NCBI GenBank assembly: GCA_016708305.1
Contig: JADJGB010000002.1
Location: 65,330 to 129,329 of the forward strand
Source: Sphingobacteriales bacterium
GTDB lineage: Bacteria; Bacteroidota; Bacteroidia; Chitinophagales; Chitinophagaceae
Direction of reading: 5' to 3'
Length of the DNA stretch: 64,000 nt
Both the position numbers and the translations under genes were made by a program. Shown piece after piece: positions 33,467 to 46,398 of this stretch (position 1 is its first letter; each line of letters begins with the position of its first letter). Below the pieces are notes generated by a model. It ran no database searches and was not told where the DNA came from. It was given only the letters and a program-made list of their open reading frames with translations.

Positions 33467-34741
33467 ATGACGGAAAACATCTATTTGAATATTGCCATTG
33501 GGTTGATTTTCATCTACCTTATTTATAGCATTTTTGTAACGACCATCGTGGAACTAATTGCTTCTGTTTTGGCTCATCGCCACCGCATGCTGGAGCGGGC
33601 GCTGGAGCAAATGCTGGATGGAAAGAGCATCAGCTATTACTGGTGGGATAAGATATTTAATTTTATCAGCTTCCTGTTCTACTATAAGAAATTTAAAAAA
33701 GGGAATACAAACATTATTTATAATCCACAAGCAGGTTTTACAAACGGCTTTATGGACAAGCAAAATTTTTTACAACATTCAAACAAACAATTTTCAGCAA
33801 CAAAAGCCCTGTCCGTAAATACAATTAATTGCACTAAAGAGCCTTACCGTGTCAAACTTAATAAGAAAGCTAAATTATTTGCAGCTTGTTTTACTGAGCA
33901 TCCTCTATACAGGCGATCAGCAGAACAAACGCTCCTTTACAAAAAACCGGCTTATATCAGCGAAAAGACATTCTCCAACATTTTTATTAATGTGCTTTCT
34001 CTGTATTCCTCTGAAAATGTAAAACTTTTTAGCCTAAAAGATAATTTAAATAATAACTCATTTTTTCAGGATTCGGGAATGAATGAAGAGTTAAAACAAA
34101 TCATACTTCAATTTATCAGCCAATCTGGCAATAGTATGGATGAATTTAAAAAGAGGTTGGAAGAATGGTTTTCCGATACCATGAAAAGGGTAACAGGATG
34201 GTATAAAAAACAGGTAGCCAATATTACATTTCTTATTGCTTTTGTTTTTTCTTGCCTGCTAAATGCCGATTCCATTAAAATGGCACACACACTATCCATA
34301 AATAAAACGGCAAGAGAAACCTTGGTGAAAATGGCCATAGAAAAGTCAAAAGACACTACCATCATCCATAAAAACAGCCTGAATCTGGCAGATACTACTA
34401 TCACCATCAGAGGCGCTTCGCATATTCTTGACTCGACCTACAAAGCAGACATAGCAGAAATAAATAAGACATTGGCTATTGGATGGGATTCTGCTATTTT
34501 AAACCATAATCTGGACGAGACCGGCTACCTGACAAAAAAAATAAACGAGTCTCCTGCAGCCTTACAAACAGTAAATATTTTCAAAAATGTGTTTTTCAAT
34601 GGAAAGGTATTTTTGGGTATATTATTTACCACTATTGCCATTTCTATGGGTGCTCCATTTTGGTTCGATCTTTTAAACAGGTTTGTCAATTTCAGAATGG
34701 CAGGCAAAAAATCCGAAAATGATAATACCTCCCCTAAATAA
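33467..34741 (+). CDS. Hypothetical membrane protein
   Basis: N-terminal TM; WFSDTMKRVTGWYKK followed by a TM; C-terminal TM with MGAPFWFDLLNR. Confidence 0.7.
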   Translation: MTENIYLNIAIGLIFIYLIYSIFVTTIVELIASVLAHRHRMLERALEQMLDGKSISYYWWDKIFNFISFLFYYKKFKKGNTNIIYNPQAGFTNGFMDKQNFLQHSNKQFSATKALSVNTINCTKEPYRVKLNKKAKLFAACFTEHPLYRRSAEQTLLYKKPAYISEKTFSNIFINVLSLYSSENVKLFSLKDNLNNNSFFQDSGMNEELKQIILQFISQSGNSMDEFKKRLEEWFSDTMKRVTGWYKKQVANITFLIAFVFSCLLNADSIKMAHTLSINKTARETLVKMAIEKSKDTTIIHKNSLNLADTTITIRGASHILDSTYKADIAEINKTLAIGWDSAILNHNLDETGYLTKKINESPAALQTVNIFKNVFFNGKVFLGILFTTIAISMGAPFWFDLLNRFVNFRMAGKKSENDNTSPK

Positions 34742-34750
34742 TATCTTAAT

Positions 34751-36993
34751 ATGAAGAATGAAACGTCAGTAAGTCAATATACAGAAGCTGTTTCTCATTT
34801 AGTAACCATTCTTAATAAGTTATATCACGAAAATAGCCTTAACTTTTCAGATGTACATGACAATATTGAATGGGATGATGCCAAAAAGAGGGCACTGTTA
34901 GAAAAGTATCATATCAATATTAAAGAACACAGGCAATATGCAGACATTGTACAAGAAGGGGGTGGTGTACATGGTATCGCACTTGCCGGCTACACCTATA
35001 TTTTAGAAAAGATGGGCATTTCTTTTTTAAATTGCGCAGGTACCAGCGCAGGAGCAATAAATACTATGTTGCTGAATTGTGTATATTCCAGACGGGATGC
35101 CATTTTGATGGATAAGAATGAAGAATTTATTGACCGGTGTTATGAAACAAGGTCTGAAAAAATTCTGGATTATTTATCTAAAAAAAATTTGAGCGAACTG
35201 GTGGACGGTCATATAACCTGGCAGAATCTTATTCTAAAACTATTCTCAAAAAAAGATAAAACTCCGCTAATAGATAAAATTAAGCGAAAGGCAAAAATTG
35301 CTGCCTGGAGTTTCATTATTTCCTTTAGCCTACTTATAATTTCTGCAATTGGTGTTGGCGTATCATTAACCGAAAAAGCCGGATGGATGCTATGGGTAAA
35401 TGGTATCCTAATTACCTCGGTAATTGTTATAGCCCTTTCATTTGGTTTGATAATAATAAATGGCATGTCGCTGCGCTTTCTTTATTTTAACAGTGAAAAA
35501 ATGGGTATTAACCCTGGCGAAAATTTTAAGCAGTGGATGACAGATGTAATGAATGATAATGGCATCAGGAATGTTTTGGACCTTCAGAACAAAATGCTGA
35601 ATGAAAACAGGCTGTTGAACCTAAAATATGATGTATTTATCCCGGCGTGGGTAGGGTGTCCAAACCACACAGTATTTTGGAAAGTGACAGAGAAAAATTA
35701 TCAAATATCACACAGGAAATCTCTGATAAAAGTAAAATCAATTTATTGAACCAAACTGAAGCAAGAGACGAATTCAAAATCAAAGTCGATTCTCCGTCAG
35801 ATAATCAGGAAGGCAAAGAAAAAATTGAAAATATTTCCCTTAAAAGAATTGATTTCTCCACAGAAAGTAAAGCTTTAAAATACCCAAAAGAAATACAGGC
35901 TTCATCAAATTATATTGATTTTAAAGAGTTAAGCAAAGACTTAATTGATAATCAAACAAAGGGAATAGTAGGTTTCCATATTAAAGAAAACGGAGCAATT
36001 GGAAAAGACCAGAATTATATTGACGAGCTTCTTAATAAAATCATCAGCGGCACAACCGACTTTAACCAGACTAACTGGAAGGATTTAAAAACGATTAACG
36101 ACAAAATAATTGATTCCAATTTAAATCCATTAAATAACAATCACAAATTAATAGACCTGTTAGTTACTAAATTTTATTCCTTCACAAAAAAAGTTGTTAA
36201 TGCCAAAAAGAATAAGTTTACACAACAGCTTGTAGTGGTAGCGGCAGATATTACCAATCAAATTAAAGTCGAATTTCCGGGAATGCACGAATTTTACTGG
36301 GGAGATGACTACACCATTTCGCCTGCTGAATACATCAGGGCTTCCATGTCTATCCCGTTTTTTTTCAGTCCGTATAAGGTAACCCTTCCCAACACGCAAC
36401 TCATCAAAATAAACGAAATCTGGCGAAACAAAATGAACGCCTATAAAAACTTTACCCCTCAAAACAATGAAGTGCTTTTTGTGGACGGAGGAATGTTGTC
36501 CAATTTCCCAATAAATGTATTTTATGACAACATCTCCTATTGCATTCCTACCCGTCCAACAATTGGCATAAAACTTGAGTTTGATAGCGATGATTTTTAT
36601 AAACTGGTTGATAATGAATTTAAGCTTTCCTTATCCATGCTATCTACTATGCGTTTCTTTTATGACAGAGATTTTATGCAAAAGCACAACGATTTTAAGA
36701 GAACAGTGCGGAGTGTGGATACAGGAAGTATCAGTTGGCTCAATTTTAACCCGACTGAAAATGAAAAACTGGAATTATTTTACAGAGGCGCACTGACTGC
36801 CACTATTTTTCTGGCGGGTGAGAATCTAACAAATGAGCAAAAAATGAATTATTGGAAAAAGCCAAAACAGATTTTGGAATTGAGGACTTTAAAACCGAAG
36901 ATTTGGTATATCCTGACATTATGTTTAATTGGGAAAATTATAAATTCGAAAGGGCAATGGCCGAAATCTATAAAAACCTTAGCCCCAAACTAA
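34751..36993 (+). CDS. Large patatin-like phospholipase (~750 aa) with internal TM hairpin, one frameshift near 35645
   Basis: QEGGGVHG (GxGxxG), AGTSAGA (GxSxG), IRASMSIPFFF, VDGGMLSNFP (DGG). Confidence 0.82.
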
Positions 36994-37029
36994 AAGAAAA
37001 ATCCAGTTTCACCCGTTAATAATGACTTT

Positions 37030-37708
37030 ATGTTTACATTACATTCCGAAAACAATAATCTGCAAATTTATATTGCCAATTTTGATCAGATACTTCTATG
37101 GGCAGGCATTTTGCTTTTCCTGACTACAGCCTTAACCGGCAGTTACTTGTGGTCATTCTCCAAAAATTTTTATTACAACAGTGTTGGTTCCAATAAGAAT
37201 GAAAACCTTCAAAGGAAATTTTCTATTTTGGAAGTTGAACTTCCTTTTAGAAAAACAAATTTTGAAAAAATATTACAAAACTTATCATCCAAAACAAATC
37301 AAATCATTATTAAATCCTTAAAAGCCGATTATTTCTTTATGCCGTTTGCTTATGGCACGCTATTATTTTTTTTATGGTATTTTTTGGTAAAATCTAATAA
37401 TTTGGATTTATTGGGGATTAAATACTTTCTTAACAGAACCCTGAATTTGATCTGGTATTTTCCTCATGGCCTATCTATTGGATGTTTTTGAAAATCAATT
37501 TATCGAAAAGCTACTTATCAGGATGGAGGTTCTCAAAAAGGAAAAAGCAATTGGAAAAGAAGAAAAAGAAGAAAAAGAAGCTGCAATAAAAAAAAGTATC
37601 GGCATATTTCGTTACAGGATATTGATTGCTTCATGCTTAAAATGGCTGCTGGTTTTTGTTTGTATAATTTTAATTGTAACATGCCTTATTGTTCAACTAT
37701 TCTTTTGA
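37030..37708 (+). CDS. Hypothetical multi-TM membrane protein, frameshift near 37465
   Basis: Several hydrophobic helices; the two ORFs overlap and read as one protein (LKADYFFMPFAYG ... LLDVFEN ... KWLL). Confidence 0.6.
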
Positions 37709-37849
37709 TTGTGATCCCTTTTTAAGAGAATATTTTTTCATTAACATTCATACCAGCTTTTTTTCTTTATCTAAATCTCATTTTAAATAATAGAAACGAA
37801 AGGTTTACAATCAGGTCTGATTGTTTTATTCTTTAAGGACAATTATCTG

Positions 37850-37857
37850 TAAATTTG
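37850..37857 (+). promoter_or_regulatory. -7 promoter box TAAATTTG
   Basis: Consensus match 22 bp upstream of the ltaE ATG. Confidence 0.5.
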
Positions 37858-37879
37858 CAGTTATTAATTTTGTGGCAAA

Positions 37880-38888
37880 ATGATTATTGATTTCAGATCG
37901 GATACGGTTACTAAACCAACAACTGCCATGCTCGATGCCATGATGTATGCCGAGTGGGCGATGATGTTTTTGAAGAAGACCCTTCGGTAAATCAACTCCA
38001 GAGGCTGGCAGCCGATATGTTTGGAATGGAAGACGCTTTGTTCTGCAGTAGCGGCACTCAAACCAATCAGATTGCCATCAAATGCCACACCCAACCGGGT
38101 GATGAAGTTATTTGCGATGCTGATGCACACATTTACCAGTATGAAGCAGGAGGTATTGCCTTTAATGCAGGCTGCTCTGTAAAACTATTACAGGGTAACA
38201 GGGGAAGAATTAATGCACAACAGGTATCAGAAGCGATTAATGCCGATGATGTACACAAGCCCCATTCAAGCTTAGTGTGTGTGGAAAACACAAGCAATCG
38301 CGGTGGTGGCAGTTGTTATGATTTTGCAGAGTTGGAAAAAATCAGACAGGGTGTAACGACCATCAATTAGCTTTTCATATTGATGGCGCCAGATTGTTTA
38401 ATGCGATTATTACAAAAGGAGAATCTGCAGTGCAATACGGAAGCCTGTTCGACAGTATTTCAATTTGTCTATCCAAAGTTTAGGTTGCCGGTGGGCAGTC
38501 TTTTAGTTGGCAAAAAGATTTCATTAAAAAAGCCAGAAGAATCAGAAAAGTGTTTGGAGGCGGAATGAGGCAGGCAGGTTTTTTGGCAGCAGCCGGCATC
38601 TATGCGTTGAACAATAATATTAGAAGATTGAACCATGACCATGCACATGCCGCACTCATCGCCGAAGCGCTCAGTCAAAAATCTTTTGTGAAACAAATAC
38701 TGCCGGTTGAAACAAATATCATTATTTTTGAAACGAACGGCTGCAACGCGCCTGCTTTAGCTGAAAAATTTAAAGCAGAAAATATATTATGGTATGCCAT
38801 TGCTCCAAACAGGGTGAGATTAGTGTTGCACTTGAACATTACGGAATCAATGGTAGAAAAAACAATTGAAGCGATTCATAAATTCTAA
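37880..38888 (+). CDS. ltaE: Low-specificity L-threonine aldolase, several frameshifts
   Basis: [46 protein letters not shown]. Confidence 0.88.
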
Positions 38889-38930
38889 AAAGACTATAAA
38901 CGTTTAACCCAATAAATTTAATTTCAGATT

Positions 38931-40583
38931 ATGTTACCAACAGTAAACCCTACAAAAACAAAGGCATGGAAACAGTTACAGAAACATGCTGCACAGATGG
39001 AAAATGTTTCAATGAGGCAATTGTTTGCAGAAGACCCCAAACGAGCTGATAAATTGTCGCTGGTAAAAGGAGACATTCATTTTGATTTTGCAAAAAACAG
39101 AATTACCTTAGATACGCTTGCATTGCTGATTAATCTGGCAAAGGAAGCAAAAGTAAAAGAAGCAATTTCCGCCATGTTTTCGGGGAAAATGATTAATGAA
39201 ACCGAAAAAAGATCGGTATTACATATTGCATTGCGCAATTTTGGCAAAATTGCAATCAAAAGTGAAGGAAAAGACGTAATGACGGATGTTAGAAAGGTTC
39301 AAAACAAAATGAAAGCCTTTTGCAAATCTATACATGAAGGCAATCACGTTGGTTTTACCGGAAAGAAAATTAAAAGTATTGTTAATATTGGTATTGGCGG
39401 CAGCGATTTAGGCCCACTGATGGTTACAGAGGCGTTGAAACCTTATAAAATAAAAGATATCGAGTCATACTTTGTTTCCAATATTGACGGAACGCATATC
39501 GTGGAAACACTCAAAAAAGTGAATCCCGAAACCACACTGTTTCTGATTGCTTCAAAAACCTTCACCACTCAGGAAACAATGACCAATGCCCACACGGCAA
39601 GAGAATGGTTTCTGAAAAAAGCAAAAGATGAAAAACAAATTGCCAAGCACTTTGTAGCGCTCAGCACCAATGAAACAGAAGTGAAAAAATTTGGAATCGA
39701 CACAAAGAATATGTTTGAATTCTGGGACTGGGTTGGAGGCCGCTATTCACTTTGGTCAGCTATCGGTCTTTCAATTGCCTTGACAATCGGATATGACAAT
39801 TTTGAAGAATTATTAAGAGGCGCTTATGATACCGATGAGCATTTCAGAAAAACGCCGTTTGAAAAAAACCTACCGGTAATCATGGCATTGATTGGTTTGT
39901 GGTACACCAATTTCTGGGCCGCCGAGAGTGAAGCCATACTTCCTTACGATCAGTATATGCATCGTTTCTCTGCTTACTTTCAGCAGGGCAATATGGAAAG
40001 CAATGGCAAAGGCGTAAACCGAAACGGCAGGAAAGTAAATTATGCCACAGGGCCTATCATCTGGGGCGAACCGGGGACTAATGGTCAACATGCTTTTTAC
40101 CAACTCATTCATCAGGGAACGCCCTTGATTCCCTGCGACTTTATTGCACCGGCGCAAAGTCATAATCCGACAGGCGACCATCATGAAAAACTGTTGAGTA
40201 ATTTCTTTGCCCAAACAGAAGCATTGATGAACGGTAAAACTCCTGCTGAAGTGAAAGCTGAACTCAAAAAATCGGGGCTGGATAATGCAGCTATCAATAA
40301 ACTGTTGCCTTTCAAAGTATTTGATGGCAATAAGCCGACCAATTCATTTCTGATTAAAAAGATTACGCCATTCACTTTGGGGCAGTTAATCGCTATGTAC
40401 GAGCATAAAATTTTTGTTCAGGGTGTCATTTGGAATATTTTCAGCTTTGACCAATGGGGTGTGGAATTGGGTAAGCAATTGGCCAACAAAATTCTCCCTG
40501 AACTTAAATCAGATGAAGCGATAACCAGCCACGACAGCAGCACCAATAAGCTGATAAATCTTTACAAAAAAATGAGAAATTAG
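38931..40583 (+). CDS. pgi: Glucose-6-phosphate isomerase
   Basis: [51 protein letters not shown]. Confidence 0.97.
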   Translation: MLPTVNPTKTKAWKQLQKHAAQMENVSMRQLFAEDPKRADKLSLVKGDIHFDFAKNRITLDTLALLINLAKEAKVKEAISAMFSGKMINETEKRSVLHIALRNFGKIAIKSEGKDVMTDVRKVQNKMKAFCKSIHEGNHVGFTGKKIKSIVNIGIGGSDLGPLMVTEALKPYKIKDIESYFVSNIDGTHIVETLKKVNPETTLFLIASKTFTTQETMTNAHTAREWFLKKAKDEKQIAKHFVALSTNETEVKKFGIDTKNMFEFWDWVGGRYSLWSAIGLSIALTIGYDNFEELLRGAYDTDEHFRKTPFEKNLPVIMALIGLWYTNFWAAESEAILPYDQYMHRFSAYFQQGNMESNGKGVNRNGRKVNYATGPIIWGEPGTNGQHAFYQLIHQGTPLIPCDFIAPAQSHNPTGDHHEKLLSNFFAQTEALMNGKTPAEVKAELKKSGLDNAAINKLLPFKVFDGNKPTNSFLIKKITPFTLGQLIAMYEHKIFVQGVIWNIFSFDQWGVELGKQLANKILPELKSDEAITSHDSSTNKLINLYKKMRN

Positions 40584-40611
40584 AAAGGCAACTTCCGGAA
40601 AAATAATCTTT

Positions 40612-41046
40612 TTATTTTTTCAAGTGGATGATTTCGGGTGGTTTGTTCCAGTGAGGAGGTACTTCTTCTGTTGTTAAAACCGGCATGGAAGAAGTAACTC
40701 CTCCGAGGAACGGAACTTCATTCAGAAATACCACTTTTTTTATTTTATGAAAACGTATGGAATATGAGCACATCACACAGGGTTCGTGTGTCGTGTACAA
40801 AACACAGTCAGACAAATCATTGGTTTGTAATTGACGTACCGCAGTTCTGATCGCCTCTATTTCTGCATGGCAGGTGATATCATTTTTTGTCTTGCCTGCT
40901 TCTTCAGCTTCTGCAATTATTTTGTTATCCTTTACAATTAAAGCGCCCACAGGAGGATTGCCTTTGCTGCCTGCCATCAGGCCAAGTTCCTCGCAACGTT
41001 GCATCAATTGCCTATCATTTTTCATTTGAATCTTATTAAAAAACAC
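40612..41046 (-). CDS. Nucleoside deaminase (TadA-like)
   Basis: GNPPVGA, HAEI, EPCVMC. Confidence 0.85.
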   Translation of the reverse strand: MFFNKIQMKNDRQLMQRCEELGLMAGSKGNPPVGALIVKDNKIIAEAEEAGKTKNDITCHAEIEAIRTAVRQLQTNDLSDCVLYTTHEPCVMCSYSIRFHKIKKVVFLNEVPFLGGVTSSMPVLTTEEVPPHWNKPPEIIHLKK

Positions 41047-41054
41047 ATATCGTC

Positions 41055-42040
41055 TTAGGGTACAATTACATTTCTGATACCTGCATCAAACTTTTCAAGT
41101 GCATCTAACGTCTTATTGATAGCATCTGCATCTAATGGAATAACACGGCTTACAACGTTTGAAACATCCAGCACTTTTTGGGCGGCAAATTCAATCAATG
41201 ATGGAAGTTCATGCAACAAATGGTCATTGGAGCCAATCAGTTCCAATTCATTGTCCAAAATTTCTTTGCAGGTATCCACGGAAAGTGATTTATCTGTAAG
41301 GCCCACTAACACTACTCTTCCCAAAGGGCCAACTGATTGCAGCGCCTGTTTTTGGCTTAGAGGCAAACCAATCAATTCCAATGCCACATCAACGCCTCTG
41401 TTGTTTGTTCTATTTTTTATTTCAATTACAGGATCTCCATTCATTGCATTCACAGGAATAGCGCCATGAGCAGCTGCCAGGTCCAGTTTTTCCTGATTAA
41501 TATCGACCGCAAATACCATTGTTGCACCAAATGCCCTTGCCAACTGCACCGCCGACTGCCCCAGTCCGCCAATACCATAAACAGCCACTTTATCGCCCGG
41601 TTTAATTCTGACTTTCATCAGAGCATGAAAAGATGTAGCAGAAGCACACATCAATGTTGAGCTTTGTTCAAATGAATTGATTCCGGCAAGATAATGGCAT
41701 TACGTCCGTGAACGGCAATATACTCGGCATAACCGCCATTCGTATGATGGCCTATCATTTTTCCATCAGGGCAAAATTGCTCATTACCCGAAGAGCAATG
41801 ATGGCACCGGCCGCAGGTTATCAGATAATGAAACGCCACGCTGTCCCCCTCCTTTACATTCGTTACTTTGCTGCCGGATTTTTCAACAATTCCTGGCACC
41901 TTATGCCCAAATGTAAGCGGTGTAAAACTAACCGGAGAAATACCTGCACGATAATGTGCATCTGAGAGACAAATTCCTGCTGCTTTTACTTTCACAAATA
42001 CTTCGTAATCAGTAATTTCAGGAACCGATATTTCCTGCAT
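41055..42040 (-). CDS. Zinc-binding alcohol dehydrogenase, frameshift near 41655
   Basis: AAGICLSD, GHKVPG (His ligand variant), CGRCHHC, GIGGLG. Confidence 0.85.
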
Positions 42041-42120
42041 TTCTAAAGGTCAGCCTATACCAACAAAACGTACTGCTTTCATTTACTAAAAAGGTTTTAA
42101 AATCATTAAAGCAATTACAA

Positions 42121-42543
42121 TTAAAAAAAAACATTCTCAATCCGCTCGTAAAAAAATAGCTTTTTTGCAAGCTTATAATATTCATCAGGAATGTCTTCAC
42201 CCGAATGGTTTTTTAATAATCTTTTTATGGGTTTTGATCTGGGTGATAAAATTACCGTACCAAATCCTAATGCAATCAGAAACAAGGTCAGGCTGGATAT
42301 ATACCAACCGGTAAGGAACAGGTAAGGATTAATGGAACCCATCGCTAATCCGGTGAGCAATAACAAAGTTCCTCCGACCATCACAAAAATGTGAAGTCTG
42401 TTTCTGATGAGATATGCGTGTCTCAACTCTGTCATATTAGTAGCTCTGGTAACAATGTAAATCATCACAAATCCGAAACTCATTCCTAAAATGGCAGAAA
42501 ATATATGAATCAATAAAAGAATTTTATACCACACCGCTATCAT
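42121..42543 (-). CDS. DUF2269-like membrane protein, 3' end probably frameshifted
   Basis: IHIFSAILG, GGTLLLLTGL, WYISSL pattern; four TM helices. Confidence 0.6.
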   Translation of the reverse strand: MIAVWYKILLLIHIFSAILGMSFGFVMIYIVTRATNMTELRHAYLIRNRLHIFVMVGGTLLLLTGLAMGSINPYLFLTGWYISSLTLFLIALGFGTVILSPRSKPIKRLLKNHSGEDIPDEYYKLAKKLFFYERIENVFF

Positions 42544-42695
42544 TTATTAGTTTCAATATCAATCAGTTGTCTATAGTTCTATTCCATATCAGAAGTAAAA
42601 TAAAACTGTGACTGATGCAATACTTTCAGCTAAAGTATTACAAAATCTTTAATTTTTCGCTGCCTTATCCACAACCATTTCTAAAAGATAAAAAA

Positions 42696-42725
42696 AATAG
42701 CTGCTTCAATTACGAAACAGCTATT
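42696..42725 (-). terminator. Intrinsic terminator after the DUF2723 gene
   Basis: AATAGCTG ... CAGCTATT stem with an A-run on the left (U-tract on the minus strand). Confidence 0.55.
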
Positions 42726-42746
42726 CTATTTTAGGATGATAAAATT

Positions 42747-45700
42747 TTATTTTGCAGAATCGCTTTTATACTTTGCGCTGTCTGCTGCTTTATTTACTTC
42801 CGGCTGAAGTTCCTGAACCTTATTTTCGTCTTTCTTTAGTGGATCATAATGCTCTGCAATAGAATCCAGAATATGGCCCATCACTTCATTCAATTGCACC
42901 TCACCATCTGCCAACCCCGCATAGTATTGCGGCTTTTCAATCTGCAAATAGCTGTAGTATTTTTTCTGTTGCTCAATGTCCTTTCTTACAGCTTCTGCCA
43001 CTTTTCTTGCCAATTCCAAATTACCGGTTTTATATATCGCTTCGGTATAAATCAACCCTGTCTGATTGTGAGAGCTTCTGCGGCTTACCATTCCGTAAGG
43101 AAGATTAGCAGGGTCAATACCCTTTTCTGCCTTTTCAATCAGTTTATTTGCTTCATCCTTTTTACCTGCATCTGCAAGGTTACCGGCTGCTTCTCCAAAG
43201 ATGCCACGTATATTCAGTAAGTGCCTTCTGTTTTCTTCGTCAAAATAAGAACCTTTTTTGTTGGCACCTCCAAACTCATATTTTTTAAACAAGTTGTCAA
43301 AAATCACTTTGAGGTTATTATCTCCCAATCCTGTGCCGTATCTCACTTCCTTTAAGGCCTGTTCATACACCCAGTTATCTTCAAGTGGTTTTGTTTCAAT
43401 TGGCACCAGACGATAGGCCAGTCCGTCTTTCCGCAAGAAGTGACCAAAACCCAGCTCACCATAGGGAGCTGTGAAATAAATAGGACGTTTCCACTTATTG
43501 GTGGCAATAATATTCAGAATCATCAAATCATTTCTCTGTAATCCGCCTTTTGGAATTTCAAAGTTCAACTGGTCTAACACCACATCATCATCATTCACAG
43601 TACCTTTGGAATGAACTAAGCTTTTATCCACAGGAATGGTAAACCTGCGGATAGGGAATGACAACGGCCCTGAATCTCTTCCTGTTTCAGGGTCGGGAAC
43701 AGGTCTTCCCAATACATCCTTCATTACATCATAAAGCGGATAAAAAGCGTTGGGGTCTATATTTTGGCCGGGCTGAGGTTCAGTTACCCTAATGTATTCC
43801 CTGTTGTGTCCTTCTATCTGCTCAGGCGACCATATTACATCCACGCTGTCGGCGTTGTTCACTTTGTATCGCAACTGATTGATATACCAGTCAATACCCA
43901 AGAGGCTCTGATTAATCACCCTGATATCAGGACGCACACCTTCCACTTCCTGAGCATACCAGAGCGGATAGGTATCATTATCTCCGAAAGTAAAAATAAT
44001 GGCATTAGGCGCACAGCTTTCCAGATAATCTTTTGCCAGATCCGGCGCCAGTGTTTTTTGGCTTCTGTCGTGATCATCCCATTCCTGCTGTGCCATCATT
44101 ACAGGCACTAACAGGCACAACACTCCTGCAGAAACATTAGCCATCAGCACATTATTACCCTTTCCGGCCAATGCTTTGGTTAAATAGGTAACAGCTAAAA
44201 ATACAACCATAAAAATAATGGCTGCTACGATACCTGGAATGATAATACCACCAAAGGAATTGTTCAAAGTGCTTAAAGCCGTAACCAGGAAGGTGGCCGA
44301 AGCGCCATAAATAAGCACCTTTTGGAAGGTTTCCTTATCTGCCTTTTCAATTGCAAACTTCACAAATGCCACTACAGCCAGCCCGATCCAAATAGCAAAA
44401 GCGTAAAACGAACCTACATAAGCATAATCACGCTCACGTGGCTGATTGCCCGGCTGATTCAAATACATTACAACCGCCATCCCTGTAAAGAAGAAAAGCA
44501 GCCCGGTAACAATAAAGTCCTTTCTGTTTCTAACGTATTGATACACAAATCCAATGATACCCAAAATCAATGGTAAAAGGTAAAGTTTGTTATTAGCCTT
44601 GTTGTCCTTAATGCTGTCGGGCATTTTGCTCTGGTCGCCAAGGCGCGCATTATCCAAAACTGAAATTCCAGAAATCCAGTTGCCGTCTCTTTTGTTTCCA
44701 AAGCCCTGAATATCGTTTTGCTTACCTGCAAAGTTCCACATAAAGTAGCGTATATACATCCAACTGGTTTGATAGGTTAAAAACCAGTTTAAATTGTCTC
44801 CATAGCTTGGCGCTCCATATTTAGTTTGGCCGGAATTGGGGTCTCGGGACTGTTCCAAACCCAGCCAGTCAGCATAAAACTGAGCATGCCCTTGGTCATT
44901 GCTGGAATCCCAAATACGGGGAAACAACTGCTTATCACTACTTACATATTTTACCTCACGGTCTCTTCCAATAGGAATATATTTCTTTTCGCCCTGCACA
45001 TATTTCATCTTGCCAAAGGCATAAGGATTTCCATCTTCGCCAAAATCCACCTCGGCGGCATAATGCGGGCCATAAACCAAAGGAGCGCTTCCGTACTGTT
45101 CGCGGCTCAGGTAATATACCAGATTGATTGGATTATCCACATCATTCATGTCAATTGCAGGATTTGCACTACTTCGGATCATGGATGTCAGGTACATGAA
45201 ATATCCCAGCATCATAAACGCAAAACACCACAACGTCAGCTTTAATACTTTAAGCGCAGCCGGTTTAATAAAATATCCCGCAATGGCTCCTACAACCAAG
45301 AGCAAAATAATTTTAAACACTGCGGCTGTAGCAGAAAAAGCAAAAGGTAAAAAGGCTAATGTAAAAAAGGCAGCCGCCCAAATAATAATTTTGTTTTTTG
45401 AAACATTTGCTTTGAATGTTAATGCCCAGGCAATAAGCGCTGCTATTAAAATAAAATAAACGGCAAAGCCCGAAAAGAACGGCATACCCAATGTGTTTAC
45501 AAAAACACATCGAACCATCCTGCCGCTTCCATCGAATACTGAATAATCGCTACCTGCACAATTCCGGTGATGGCACAACCAATCAGGAAGGCAATAATAC
45601 TGCCTTTAATTGTTGGCTGATACCTGCGATAATAATAAATCATCACAATGGCAGGTATGGTCAGCAGGTTCAGCAGGTGAACACCGATGGATAATCCCAT

Positions 45701-46271
45701 CATGAAAAACAGAAACACAATCCACTTATCGCTTTTTGCTCTGGCCGCTTCATCACTTCCTGCATGCTCATCGGCATGTTCCCACTTGAGCGCTGCCCAA
45801 AACACTAATGCTGTAAAGAATGATGATAAAGCATACACCTCGCCTTCAACGGCACTGTACCAAAACGAATCTGAAAAAGTATAAGCAAGCGCTCCCACTG
45901 CTCCTGCCGACATTACAGTAAATATTTGCTGTGATGACAAATCTTCACCCACACTCACAAACATTTTACGGGCAAAATGCGTAATCGTCCAAAAAAGGAA
46001 TAAAATAGTTCCCGCACTGGCCGCAGCGCTCATAAAGTTTACTGCATTGGAAGCCGTCATCGGATCATTTCCAAAAAGAATAATAAAAAATCTCCCTAAA
46101 AGGGTAAATATGGGCGCTCTCCCGAGGGTGAGGCATACCCATTTCAGCACAGGACACAAACTCGCCACAGTCCCACAATGAACCACGCGCTTCCCGCGAA
46201 AAGGTATAGGTAACCATTGCTATTAAAAACACCACCCATCCTGTGAGATTATTTACTTTTCTGAAATTCAT
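42747..46271 (-). CDS. DUF2723 membrane glycosyltransferase-like protein, frameshifts near 46150 and 45530
   Basis: SLWDCGEF, WYSAVEGEVY, GVHLLNL, QPRERDY, GDNDTYPLWY. Confidence 0.85.
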
Positions 46272-46398
46272 AATAAACAAAGCATTAAATTGATGCTTGC
46301 AAAAATAGGGATAAAGCAGGTTTGATAGGAAATTGTTTATGCAGAAGTGGTTAATATATTAATAAAATATACCCAAAATCAATGAAAAATAAAAGGAT

